A DNA stretch of 63,349 nt, filler included, from Polymyxa betae A26-41 (Eukaryota > Protista > Endomyxa: Phytomyxea): assembly GCA_003693705.1 (NCBI GenBank). It is 4 parts of 4 records of this genome, joined end to end, with 100 filler letters (N's around TTAATTAATTAA, not from the genome) between each part and the next. Parts side by side here need not be neighbours in the genome. Positions count along the whole stretch, not along the records: positions 29,099 to 51,851 come from RBZT01000844.1; 3 more parts are not named here. One strand, written 5' to 3'. Position numbers and translations under genes: made by a program. Within the stretch, counting starts at the first letter, position 1. Each line of letters opens with the position of its first letter. Positions 36,557-48,189 of this stretch are shown here, piece after piece. The notes beneath the pieces were generated by a model. It was given only the letters and a program-made list of their open reading frames with translations, searched no databases and was not told the DNA's origin.

Positions 36557-38640
36557 ATGGTAATTATTCATTCCGACCCTGAAGACGGAGCTGGGGCCCG
36601 CGAATCCACTCTTCGAAATACCATCGCCTCGCTGAACACAAGACAATTGCAATTGGAGAAGGACACCAAGAAACGTTTCCAGAAGTTACACGAGGACAAC
36701 GAGATTATGATGGATACTCTCATGTAATAAGATCTGTACCTTTCCAGCCAGACTCGGCTACCAACGACCAACGCGGACATCCTCCACCTCCTCTTAGAGA
36801 AAATGCTGACGATCAACAGAATCAAAGCGAGACCGCCGCCCGAGCCGAAGGGAAGAAGGGTCTGCCCCATTCCAATGGACAACAGGACGATCTCGCGAGG
36901 CCCTTTTCTCGAGCACCGGCACACCCCGCCCGTCGTCTTGAAACTGTCCACTTCCACCCAGAGGAAAACCCGTTGAAGTTCCGGCTGTGGTTCGACCGCG
37001 TAATCAAGTTCCAGGATCACTGCAGACTCAATGACAACGAGGCCACCGCCGAATTACAATGGTACGGCCGTGATATCCTCGGCGAGCGCCTTCACCGGAT
37101 CCTCGCTGCGCGATCGAATGCTTCGCTCCCGACAGTATGTCAAGATCTAATCCAAGCTGAACTCTCAGCAGGAGCGGCTCAGCTCGCACGGCGATCGTTC
37201 AATAACTGCCGACAACTCGACCGCGAAAGTGGCTCTTCATTTATCCAGGCAGCCTCCGCTGAATTTCGACGATTCGATTGACCTTCTGAGCAAGATATAT
37301 ATAATGCATTCCTGTCCCAGCTGAACCAAAAATACTTCGGCGAGCTCCGAACCGACACTGCGGACTCCGGCTACTTACAAAAAATCGAGCAACCGGCAAC
37401 TCGGCTGATTGCCGTCTTCGGCGCCGTTCGACAGATCGAGGCCTCCAAAGGCAAAAATGAACGTACCATCGAAGAGCTCACATCGAATAACAGGTCCGAC
37501 GAGTCCAGTGCCAGCCGTACAGCCACCATCAACGCCGTGAACGCGAACACCACGGACTCGACGACCACCAGTAGGACGTGTCAACGCGCCAACAGACCCC
37601 ACAATCACGACTACAAGAAGTGCTGTCACGCGTTGCATCACGTTCTCTGTAACAAATGTAAAAACCGGGGCCACTTGCGAAAGACTGCCCTACAGCCACT
37701 TCGCCAACCGTCGCTGCCGTCGAGACTTCCGCCTCGGAATCTGTTCGCGACGACTCCCAGGCCTAGGGACTCGGGGTGTTGGTATCATTAGACGCCAGCA
37801 CCCGACTCAAATGGGGCCCCGGTTCGGATACAACCAGCGTCCCAAAATATGCGTTCGCAGACGACGACGAGCCGCAACGTTCCGGAGTATTGGTCGAGTA
37901 CCCCATCGACCGGATGAAGGTTTCGATCGGCGAAGGTGATTGCGTCGCACTAATCGACTCTTGCTCTGCAGTAAACCTGGTCAGTCTCGTCTTTCTGAAA
38001 TCCTAATCAGCAGACTACCTCTCCGGGTACCAACCGGCAGCGGCATCGCTTCAAGCACCACGCTTCAAGCACCACGCTGGTGGCTTTCGACGGCTCCGCT
38101 ACTGTCCGACCCACAGGACACGTCCAGATCCCAGTCCGTACAGGCGGAGACACGGCCACCGATATTGTCTTCCTAGTTTCCGACCGGGCCGCACACACAT
38201 TATTGCTCGGAACTCCAGCGATCCGAACCTTGCGATAAGTCATCGATTTTGAAGGTAATAAGATTCGTTCAAAGCTGACCGGTTTGTCCTTTCCTCTATT
38301 CAAACAATCCGAACGTCGCACTACAGCAACCTCGCTGAAGTTAGACTCTCGTTGTATTTAGCTGTCGAAATATGGCGACGTTCGGATTGTTTGACTAGAG
38401 GAAAGGACAAGACGGCCTCATTTTACCGCTTTGGTCTGAGTTACAAGTGGACGCCACGGTTAGGTTTTGCGACCCGAACGACCGGATCCCGAACCTGACT
38501 GCAGCCTTTCACGATCACCCGGACGCATCCCAAAATCACGGCATCTGTGGGGCGTACGGCCAAAATTTGGTCACTGAAGGGGCAACATCGGTTATAATCT
38601 CCAATCTCACCGGTGACGAACTTTGATCCCGCGATGTCGA
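36557..38640 (+). mobile_element. Ty3/gypsy gag-protease relic
   Basis: gag FRLWFDRVIKF...CRQLDRES; knuckle CNKCKNRGHL; protease ALIDSCSAVNLVS...LLLGTPA. Confidence 0.75.
38284..38410. repeat. 36 bp stem hairpin (35/36 match, 55 nt loop)
   Basis: ttgtcctttcctctattcaaacaatccgaacgtcgc (38284-38319) vs gcgacgttcggattgtttgactagaggaaaggacaa (38375-38410). Confidence 0.9.
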
Positions 38641-38660
38641 ATCATCGCAACCGCAACGCT

Positions 38661-39600
38661 TTAGTTATTTCCCCCAGCAGTTGACTTGAAGGTCATCTGC
38701 CGCTTGACATGCTGGTTAGGGGAGGTTCTCATTGGCTGGACGCCCGAGAACGTCTGCTGCTCGGGAGTCCCAATCCTATCGCCATTCGACCCTGTGAGAC
38801 GCGTTCTCAGTTCCTGGACTAAACAAATGAGGTTACCGTAGTCCGGGCTTGCGTTAGAAATCAAAGCGCATGCCTCTTCATTTCTATGCACTTGCGCCAA
38901 GAATTTTGCACGCGAAGAGCCCAGCTTGGGCGCCACCTGCGCGTGAGGTTCATGGAGTTCTTCATCTGAAGTTGCCTGGGCAGCGCTATTGACACCAGCC
39001 ACAATCTCCAGATCTGCTGGGGTCAGGAGTCCTTTCGAAGCGAAGTTTTAAGGTTCTTCGGGTCAAACCATTTTTGGTGAAATACAACTAAAAAAACGTT
39101 AGAAACAAGTCCAATGCGAATATTACAATAGTTACCGGCAAACAAATGTTTGCAATGATGACCACAGCTTGTGTAAACATGGCACGTACAACTCCAGCAA
39201 TGCCGGCATGAACGACATAGCTGATAAGCCATGCAGGGTAAGTCCCTTTTGAAGGTGTCGCTGACACCATTTTCCAGATCAGCTTCCTCATACTGGTTGA
39301 AACAAACCTTATTGGCTTTCTAAAGCAATAAAACATTAAAGTCTACCTTCATCCAACAATTGAGCTTACCTCCGAAACAAAATACGATCTTGTTTCTTCA
39401 GAATTCGTCTGACGAAAAAAGTTCGTGCGTCGATGGCATCTCCAGGAATCTGTTCAACCTTATTGGCAGGGATTTGAACGGCTTTCTTAATTCCGGTCTG
39501 TAGAACGGGGCTGATTTTGATTTCTTTTCCTGTCAGTCTCCTGTTACAGACATCAGGCAAGCTCTATCAAACAAAGCAAATTCGACCTGAGATATTTGCT
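38661..39600 (-). mobile_element. SWIM zinc-finger relic, probably a Mutator-like transposase C-terminus
   Basis: CRHCWSCTCHVYTSCGHHCKHLFA fits the SWIM pattern CxC-xn-CKH; fragmented ORFs. Confidence 0.55.
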
Positions 39601-39735
39601 GTAGTATGACTCTTCGGCGTCCATCAGCATCCTCAGCCGCGGCTCGACGTAAATATTCTGCTTGCCCTTCATGAATTTATATTTAAAAACCCCTATGCCA
39701 GGATTCTCTCAGATGGATGCAGTTTTGAGGGGGCG

Positions 39736-39982
39736 TGTTGAGATCCAATCCAGCACCGATCCAACATGACACAATAGGTCCCATAATGACTTCAGGGTAT
39801 AGTTAGGTAACATAAGCATCCAATATATCCATTAATTAATACACGCTTATCACTGACATTCTGCTGGTATTCTGTCATGGAAGTAAATTAAAGGCTGTGC
39901 TTACGCACGAGAGATTCTGGTACCTTAGCCACACTTCACTCAAACCAATCCGAATTAGTATTCCGCCTGTACGGCTTCAAGA
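39736..39982 (+). mobile_element. Copia 3' LTR with upstream PPT, same family as 31138-31385
   Basis: ttgagggggcg|tgttgag; 247 bp closely matching the reverse complement of 31138-31385. Confidence 0.85.
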
Positions 39983-40359
39983 CGGAGCAGGATCGTTAAC
40001 GGAGCAAAGACTTCTGCGAATCGGTCAATATAGATTGGGTAGAAGCCGGAATGACCAAGAAGATCGGAAGTGGGCTGTTGTTGTTGGTCGTGGGAACGAT
40101 TTAACCTCATCAACCATTCGTTGGTCTGGATTGGCGCCTTCCGAATTGTTGATGTGGCTATGTTATTTCAAAGAAGTTGGGCGAATCGGCAATTTGTCAG
40201 AAGTGCTCGTATTGGGCTTGGCTTCACTAATGACGAAAATATCGCCAAATAGTCATACGTCTCAAATACAGCACTGAATTTAACGAGTCGTCAAATCTGA
40301 ATGATTATATTGGTTTTAACGACGTCGCACTGTAAGCAAGTCTAGTTCTCGTTATCGTC

Positions 40360-40873
40360 AGATTTGGTGATAACGATAGGCCACGTTCCCAACACCATCC
40401 CTCACCGTGTCCAACGTCCACGCCACCCTGTCTTCGTCGACAACGAATCATCCCTGAAAACTTACTACCTGGTCAACACCATCCTTCCAAGCCCCAGTAT
40501 CTTATTGATTGGCAAGGTTATATTCCTGCTGACAGGTCTTGGGGACCTGCAGAAAGTCATCGCTGAAGCCGTTCCTGACCTTGTCGCAGATTCCTATCGC
40601 CTTCACGCCGATCTTCCCAGTTCAGGCTTCACCGCAACACAACGCTCTCGAGAGTCGGGTACCCGCTCGTCTAGAAGGGGGATAATGTCGTGATTCACTA
40701 CTTCCGTTCAGCTTCCGAGCTACCTCATGAGTCATCNNCAAGTATCGTGACTCACAACTTCGAACCTTTGCTTTTTCTGTTTCGAAATACAACCATTCTC
40801 GAATCTATTCGATTCTATTAATTCTTGTTCCTAGCCTTCGTTTAGTCTTCCTCGTCCTGTCCCAGTCCTCACA
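40360..40873 (+). mobile_element. Gypsy 3' end: chromodomain, PPT, LTR 40686-40873
   Basis: QYLIDWQGYIPADRSW; PPT agaaggggga; LTR tgtcgtga...tcaca has the same termini as the 43-48 kb element. Confidence 0.8.
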
Positions 40874-41390
40874 GTATCAGCGTCTTGTATTTGTGATGCT
40901 ATAATTAAATTGTCCACATAGGTCGCCAAATAAACTCCAACGCTGCTGATGAAGAGGCTTGGGTCATGAAGCGACTTCGTGAACTTCAGCATTAGAGAAA
41001 GGTCCGAAAGGTAATCATATCGGGCTAAGCCAACCTGTTTTAAGCATTATTTGCCTTCTTAACTTGCATACTAGGATCTCTCCCTGATTTTCGTATTGTT
41101 CGAGTCCCTTCGGCTGCAGGATGTAGAGCTCGGTGTCCATGTCCGCGTTGAGATAAGCTGTATCGACATCGACATGCCATAAGTACCATCCTTGCGACTT
41201 CAAGCCAATTAATATCCTGAGGGGGCCTTCGCAGCAACCGGCAAAACCGTCTCGTCGTATTCGACTTGGACGACGAGCCTCTCTTTGAAGCGGTCCACTG
41301 TGCAGTCCACTTTAAACACCCGCTTGGATTTCATCGCTTTCCTTCCTTGTGGTAGTACGTTAAGAACGTCTCCACAGCAGACCAAAAAAT
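40874..41390 (-). mobile_element. Ty1/copia reverse transcriptase relic
   Basis: HVDVDTAYLNADMDTELYILQPKG...VCKL...TYVDNLII. Confidence 0.85.
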
Positions 41391-41399
41391 GCCACGGTA

Positions 41400-42900
41400 T
41401 CTGTAATTTTCAGAAAAAAGTACAGATTCTTCGTTCAACCCGGAGAACGGAATTTTATACCGCGATCTGTAGACTACGAGGGTTGGACTGCAAAACGAGT
41501 GGTTTCAAGCAGAAATGTGTCAAAAATTTCAACGGGGATCGAACTTCTCATCTGCTGAAGAGTGCCGTGACAATGTGTCTCATGATGCAACGACACGCGT
41601 TGGTCCAAAAGCGGCCACCCTCTGGGAGCGGGTCGAAGCGTATTTCAATGAGCAAATGGGTGAAAACTCTTCTTCTCGCTCAGCCAGATCTGTTGCTAGC
41701 GAACGGATCGCGATCTCGTACGCTGAAATGAGGAATTTGAATCCAAGTGGAGCCAGTGAGGACGATATGATTAACAAGGCACTGGAACTATATAAATCAT
41801 CAGATTCTGATCAGAAATCGTCTGAATTTAGTTTCATCCATGTATCGTAAATTCTGGGAGACAATCATAAGTGGCAGGACTTGATGTCCAGGCAAGAACA
41901 GCCTCAAAGCGATGAAGCGTTTGAAGTTGGACGCGAGCGACGAAGTCTTGGACGTCATCGACGAGCGGGGCACCGAAAAACAAACAGTGTTCCAAAGCTG
42001 CAACCAGCAATTTGCGTTTAACAATTCGCAGGCTGCGAGAGGTCTGGTAGAAGCTCAACCTTCCAAATCAAAGGCGATTTTGTTGCAAGCGCGAATGACT
42101 CTGCTCTCTGGCAATCTTGATTCACTGGACGATGACGCCAAGCAGTTCTTCAAGCTTGCTCCTGCTGAAATCCTGCAATCGATGATAAAACAGCCTACTG
42201 ACGCTGACGGACAGGAATGAACGAACATATATTTCAAAGACTGCTAAAGCCTACAATATCACTCCTCGCCTTTGGTCGCCACATTTCTTCCCCATCGCCA
42301 CATTTCTTCCCCAATTTCGTCACGTCGGCGAAAGTTCGATGCTTCCATCGTTGTTGTTTTTGAAGCTTCTACCAGTTTCATAAAGGTAAAAGGATGTCGC
42401 ATTCCATGAACGTCAGTCATAACAAATTTTTTGCTTGCGAAGGGACATTCTAATCCACGTTGGCGTTCGTCCTCGATAATCATGTTGTGCAGAATAACGC
42501 AGGCGGTCTAGAAGGTAATGATTGTCTGTTTATCCCAAAGACGACATGGGTTCTTCAAGACTGCGATTCGTGGTTGTATCACAAGCAAAAGCACGTTCGA
42601 CGTCCTTTCACAAGCAGCTTCTTGCAGCTTCGAGTAATATCGTCGCTTCGAACCTTTTGGTTTGGATATAGTCGTCAGGAAGATTCGTCAATACGGATAG
42701 ATTACGTTGACGAGCAGGCAGGCCATAGAACAATCGTTTCCATTGACAACAGACAGTACATGAGGGGATATTTCCTTCAGTAAGCGGTTCATCAGTGGTG
42801 ACCGGTCAACGATATTGATTTCGTTGTTGGATCCTGGAATGCCAATATAGGCGTCCAACTAAATCCAGGTCGAGCGCAGAGAATGCATTCTGCGTACTGA
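41400..42900. mobile_element. PIF/Harbinger relic with two convergent genes (Myb/NAM-associated ORF1 on +, transposase on -)
   Basis: + LWERVEAYF...SGASEDDMINKALELY...FSFIH; - AYIGIPGSNNEINIVDRSP...TACVILHNMIIEDER. Confidence 0.85.
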
Positions 42901-43293
42901 AAATTGCGCGCAGCTCTAAGCCACAACCACCGTGAATCCGTTTGATTAGAAATCTTTATACTTCTAGATAAATCTCGGAGTTTCTTACCCTGTGTGCGAC
43001 GAGATATTTTAAACGGATGCTTCCCCGTTCATCATGATAACGGCCGTGATACGATAGGCACAGGTCGCATCCACCGGTCGATTATCTACGACTTGGGCTT
43101 GCATTCTCATTCGCAGAATCTCTCAAACGTATTGTCTCGGTTTCGAAGTGTGATGATCACTCTAATGGGAGTCGGCAGACGGCGGTCAAGCGGAATTGAA
43201 CCACACTTTTATTTCCAAAACAATAATGAACAAGAAGGACACATAAACAGGACAGGTCAGGACAGGACAGGACAGGGGCTGCGCAAACGACGC

Positions 43294-46200
43294 TTAATAG
43301 AAGCCGCACTTGCGTACAGAACGTATTGGACCGCTGCTGGTCAAAGCAGCTGTCTTGGAAGGAGCGGCCTCCCGGGCGGGTTGCGCCGGAGTAGCATCTT
43401 CATCTGTTTTGAGAGGCTGCGCCTCTCCGACTTCGTCAGGTAGGGTTTTAGGGTTTAGGGTTTTGATGTCGTGTGTCACGAAATTGCCCTCCCCCAAAGA
43501 GGACTGTGGCTGGGAAGAGATACGACGCCAGTAATCACGAATGACTTGTTCATCATTGAAGTTGACGCTGGGTTCCCAACTGTATTCGGCTGCAGGTTGG
43601 CCTTTCCATCGGACCAGATATTCGCGCTTGGTTTCCGGGCCACAATGACGAACGATGTGGTCGATAACAAAGGAGAGCGGGTCTTGCGACGGATCTTTTG
43701 AAACGAGCTTCATCTGAACCGGTGCGACAGCGCGCTGGTAGAGCCGCAGATCATGATCCAGAAGCTGGTAACTGCCGCCGCGAGTACGGCGAAGGACTTT
43801 ATATGGACCTTCATAGACCGGCTGGGTCTTGCTTGAACGGGTGGGGTCCACAACCATGACATACGAACCAGCAGGAAAAGGATCTTTCAAAATACGTTTC
43901 GCGCGAGCGAACATATTGATGGCACGTGACGCGTGGCCGAGAAGACGATCTTCGACGGCCGGGAACAGGATGTCGGTCATAAATTGCATTCTTTCACGAA
44001 CACGAAGGTAAGCTTGCTGAAGTTCAGCCTCTGGGTACACAGGTTCATTGGAATAATCCTCCAGCGGGTTCAGAAGACGACCGAGCATAACGCTCAAGGG
44101 TGCCGATCCGTGAGCAGCAGCGATCTTTGCATTCAAGAACATCTGTACCACAGGGACAAAGCGGTCCCATAGACGATTTTCACCGTCGAGTAACTTATGA
44201 ATGGCGCGGCATGAAGTCTGCACAAATCTTTCGGCGAGACCATTGGCTCTGGGGTGATACTTTGTGACTAACCGGTGATCGATGCCTGAGTGCTGCGTCA
44301 AATAATTCATCAGCTGGTTGACGAATTCTGTGCCATTATCTGACTGGATGATACGAGAAAAACCAAAATCACAAAAGATAAGGAAAAGAGCCTCTGTTAC
44401 GGACGATGCTGACTTATTTTGCAGCGCCCGAAGTAAAACGAAGCGTGTGTGAACGCAGACGACCACCAACAAGACGCTCTTGCCGGTTGTTGAGGCAGGG
44501 AAGGAAAAAGCGGTGTCTATCGCCACATGGTCCATTGGACCAGCGGCGGTTATCGGAGTCAGAGGGTGGAACCCCTGGCGTACAATCGAAAATCTTTGGC
44601 AGGGAATACAGCGCTTGACAGCTTCTTCCACGTCACGTCTCATCGACGGCCATCTCTGACCTTGTTGGATAAGGTGTGACATGGTGGCGGCGACACCGAA
44701 GTGTCCTCGCAGATGAGCAGCTTCAATGGCCTCAGATCGACGATCGTCTGGTAAAGGATCTAGCACACGCGGTTGTAATTCACCATGATGAACCGAAGCG
44801 GATGACGTCCAAGCGGATCGCTGAGGAAAAAGCCTTGAAAGCGTATCCGGTAGAATGTTCAGAATTCCCGGGCGATGAATAATTACGAAATTATAAGAGA
44901 GGATCGACTCCATCCAATTCGCCAATAAGGGTGAAACGTCCTTTTGCGTGAACAAAAACGACAGAGCTCGATGATCTGAAAACAGTTTGAAATGACGTCC
45001 CCATAGATAAAAATGAAAACGTTTCAGAGCAAAAACTACCGCCAGTAATTCCTTCTTCGATGCCGAATAGTTGCGCTCGGATGCATGCAACGCTCGCGCT
45101 GCGAACATAATGTACAAACGATTCTCGGTACAGTCGTCCTTTGCTTCATCGCAAAGATGATAAAGAGCTGCGCCAATTCCGACATCGGATGCGTCAGTTG
45201 CAACATAGAAGGTGCGGTCGAAGTTCGGGAAATGCAGAAACATTCCCTCTTGTAAGACGGCCTTGAGGGCTTCGAAAGCCCGAAGCCGATCTTGGGTCCA
45301 TGACGATTCGTCTAGGTGCGTTACCTTGCGTAAGGACTCCAGCGGTGCCGCGAACGTCGAATAGCAGGGGATGAAGTCCCTAAAATAGTTAATCAGTCCC
45401 AGATACTTCTCTATTTCATTGCCAGATTGTGGCAGAGGCCATGACGCTACGTCGACTAACTTGCGACGGTCAATGGTGATGCCGGCCGCGGAGAATGTAT
45501 GACCCAGAAGGTGTAATGAGGTCTTGAAGAGGTGCGACATCTTGATGTTGACCCGCAGGTTCACCGCCGTTAGACGATCGAGGGTATCAATGAGGTCTTC
45601 CAGGTGCTCGTCATGCGAATGCGAGCCCACGGGGATATCGTCGAGAAAGGCGACAGCGCCTCGCGAACCGTCCAACACACGCCGCATCGTCCGCTGTAGA
45701 ACCGAAGACGTCGGAATGAGGCCGAAAGGCGTGCCGGCAAACATGATAGGACGGCCTGACCATATGAAGGCCAACTTCGGTCGATCAGATTCGCTTACGG
45801 GCAGCTGAAGAAAGGATTGCTCGAGATCCATAGCGCTGAATATTGACTTTCCGGCCAGGAACTGGAAAATCTCTGAGACCAGAGGAAGCGGGTCGCAGTC
45901 AGGCTTGAGAAGCCGATTGAGAGCACGGGGATCTATACAGACCCGTCCGGGTTTCTTCTCGCCTGTTTCCGGGTCTTTTTTGAGAGCCACCAATAGAGGA
46001 AGGTTCCATCTGCAGCTTCGCGGGGCATCAACGACCTTGCCGTTATCACGCCACTTTTGGACTTGCTGGTCTACAACGGGTTGGATGGCCTGGGCGATGG
46101 GATACTGGCGACGGTACACTGGTTCATGGTCACCTGTATCGAGCTCGACGACAGCTTCAGGTAGCGCGCCAAAGCTATTCTTGGGGATCGCTTGATTGCG

Positions 46201-46932
46201 GGCGAGAGCGGCCTGCAAGCTTGGATCGCTGATCAGAGGATTTGGAGCGCCACTATCAACAGCGAATCGCGGAAGGTGAGAGTCTTCCTCGGCATCGGGC
46301 GGCTGCTGCAATGCAGCTGGCAGACAGAGATCAGTTATAGCGATCCCGAGCACGCGCTGCAAATCCCGGCCAATGATGACGGAGATCCCAGACGGCGGTT
46401 CCCCGATGTCGAACATATAGCTGAAATACTTGTCTCCATATCGGGCCGGTACGACCGCCTTGCCTGGCCGCCGTACGAACCGGCTTTTAGCGACCAGCGA
46501 GATCATTTCGCCCGGGGCTGCATCTTGGTAAGAGCTTCGCACAGAATCCGAGAATTGCTGAAAGAGAGCTTTGTCAATAGTCGAATGGGAAGCACCAGTA
46601 TCCACATATCCATCAACTTCGATACCGTCGAGGAGTATAGGCGTAAAGATGGCGGTTGAGTAGTCGACGCGAGCCGTAATGGTCACAGGCAGCGTCAGGC
46701 TCCGTCCACCAGTCGAGGCAGATTCATTGCTGTGAGTGCAGGCCGACGATGAGAAGAGCTGATCATAGCCTTCGACGGTCTCGACCTCCGCGGGCCAATC
46801 AGAGCTCGGATCCATCTGCTCGACGTGATGGTTGGCTGTAGCCGCGGTCGTCCGATTTTGGGCCGCTGCTGGTAGTGGATTTGGGCAGAGCGACGCTATG
46901 TGGCTCATTGCATGACATGACAGCGATGGCAC
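43294..46932 (-). CDS. pol: Pol polyprotein: protease, RT, RNase H, integrase, chromodomain (1212 aa open frame)
   Basis: YVDTGASHS; PFGL; FLDD; ATDASDVGIG; KELLAV; HLRGH..CIPC; IDT/SDNG/LAER; YEGPYKV; YLVRWKG..YSWEP. Confidence 0.95.
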   Translation of the reverse strand: MPSLSCHAMSHIASLCPNPLPAAAQNRTTAATANHHVEQMDPSSDWPAEVETVEGYDQLFSSSACTHSNESASTGGRSLTLPVTITARVDYSTAIFTPILLDGIEVDGYVDTGASHSTIDKALFQQFSDSVRSSYQDAAPGEMISLVAKSRFVRRPGKAVVPARYGDKYFSYMFDIGEPPSGISVIIGRDLQRVLGIAITDLCLPAALQQPPDAEEDSHLPRFAVDSGAPNPLISDPSLQAALARNQAIPKNSFGALPEAVVELDTGDHEPVYRRQYPIAQAIQPVVDQQVQKWRDNGKVVDAPRSCRWNLPLLVALKKDPETGEKKPGRVCIDPRALNRLLKPDCDPLPLVSEIFQFLAGKSIFSAMDLEQSFLQLPVSESDRPKLAFIWSGRPIMFAGTPFGLIPTSSVLQRTMRRVLDGSRGAVAFLDDIPVGSHSHDEHLEDLIDTLDRLTAVNLRVNIKMSHLFKTSLHLLGHTFSAAGITIDRRKLVDVASWPLPQSGNEIEKYLGLINYFRDFIPCYSTFAAPLESLRKVTHLDESSWTQDRLRAFEALKAVLQEGMFLHFPNFDRTFYVATDASDVGIGAALYHLCDEAKDDCTENRLYIMFAARALHASERNYSASKKELLAVVFALKRFHFYLWGRHFKLFSDHRALSFLFTQKDVSPLLANWMESILSYNFVIIHRPGILNILPDTLSRLFPQRSAWTSSASVHHGELQPRVLDPLPDDRRSEAIEAAHLRGHFGVAATMSHLIQQGQRWPSMRRDVEEAVKRCIPCQRFSIVRQGFHPLTPITAAGPMDHVAIDTAFSFPASTTGKSVLLVVVCVHTRFVLLRALQNKSASSVTEALFLIFCDFGFSRIIQSDNGTEFVNQLMNYLTQHSGIDHRLVTKYHPRANGLAERFVQTSCRAIHKLLDGENRLWDRFVPVVQMFLNAKIAAAHGSAPLSVMLGRLLNPLEDYSNEPVYPEAELQQAYLRVRERMQFMTDILFPAVEDRLLGHASRAINMFARAKRILKDPFPAGSYVMVVDPTRSSKTQPVYEGPYKVLRRTRGGSYQLLDHDLRLYQRAVAPVQMKLVSKDPSQDPLSFVIDHIVRHCGPETKREYLVRWKGQPAAEYSWEPSVNFNDEQVIRDYWRRISSQPQSSLGEGNFVTHDIKTLNPKTLPDEVGEAQPLKTDEDATPAQPAREAAPSKTAALTSSGPIRSVRKCGFY

Positions 46933-48189
46933 TTAACATTGGCTAACATAGATCTGGAAGCATTCATACCTTTTGACTGAGCCATGGAGGCTGCACAAGT
47001 CGTGGATGAGGATGGTTGAGCTTTTGAAGACGTGTTATCAGCCGGCTTGGAAGCCAAGGCTCGGCATTCGGCGATAGAATGGCCACCCTGACCATGAAGT
47101 TCGCACTGGTCTGTTCGCGGCGCTTGATTTGAGACGCATTGGAGGGTAAGGAAGTTTGGTTAGTCGCAGACGACCCCGCCTGCGGTTGGCGAGAACGAGC
47201 AGATCGTTCAGCGGAACCGTACAACGTTAGCTGTGATATGATCTTTCGGACAGTATCAACACGATCCGGAGAACTGGCCTTAATACTGTTCAACCAGTGT
47301 ACAGCCATCTTGGGAAGATGCGACGTAAACAGGGCGGTAAACTCACCGACCTTGTCTGGATTACGACGAGCCCGCCTCATAGCCGTTAGATATCGGTCAC
47401 CGAAGGCCAGAAGATCTTCGCCCTGATTGCGATGGCATTAAACAAGAGCTTGTTCATAAAGGTGCGGCACGTCGTCATCGACGAAGTGTTGGATGAAACT
47501 GGTGCGGATCTCCTCCCACGGAAGACCCTTCCCGACCAGGTTTTCGCTGACCCAATCTCCCTCGGCCGTAACGCAGCAGGCCGCGAGAGCTTCCGGATAC
47601 ATTGAAGCCGGATATTTTTCAGCTCGTAGTCGTCGGACGAACTCAGAAAAGAAATCGTCGACAGCGCCAGGCTCCTGAGCACTGGGGCGCTTGAATCGCA
47701 GCAGACCCGACGGGAGCCTTGCCGAGTACGACGGCGTCGACGGCGCCGCCGTCGGCATGACGGTGACAAGCTGAGGAACGACAGCAAAAGTTGATATCGC
47801 TTGCGGTTCCGGCAAGTGGGCCAGTACGGCTTCCTGCGATGGACGTGGCCGTTTCAGTAACGCCAACGACCGTTCAGTTGCAGTAATTCGCTCTTGAGCG
47901 GCAGCGACTCGTTCAGCGAAAGCCCGAACTTGGGTGTCGAATGCAGTCTTGGCTGTTCTTGACATCGATTCCGTGCCCGACTGGAGCAGCTCGTCTTGTT
48001 CAGCCTCCAAACTCAGCAGAGCGTCCCCTTCGCGCTCGAGTCGACTCTCGATTTGGGCGATGAGTTGAGATCTGCGATGCGATCGTTCCACAGGGGTGGA
48101 TATGTCGCTGCCTGCCTGGTCCTGGGACCCAGATTGACGGCGTTCGTTTTCAGGCTGGGCCTGTGCGCCGTCTTCCCCGAATTGCTCAT
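46900..48189 (-). pseudogene. gag: gag of the 43-48 kb element, one stop plus frameshifts
   Basis: Fragments 48091-47438 and 47380-46964; WEEIRTSFIQHF; two split knuckles (CELHGQGGHSIAEC and CHRCH/AMSHIASLC). Confidence 0.85.
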
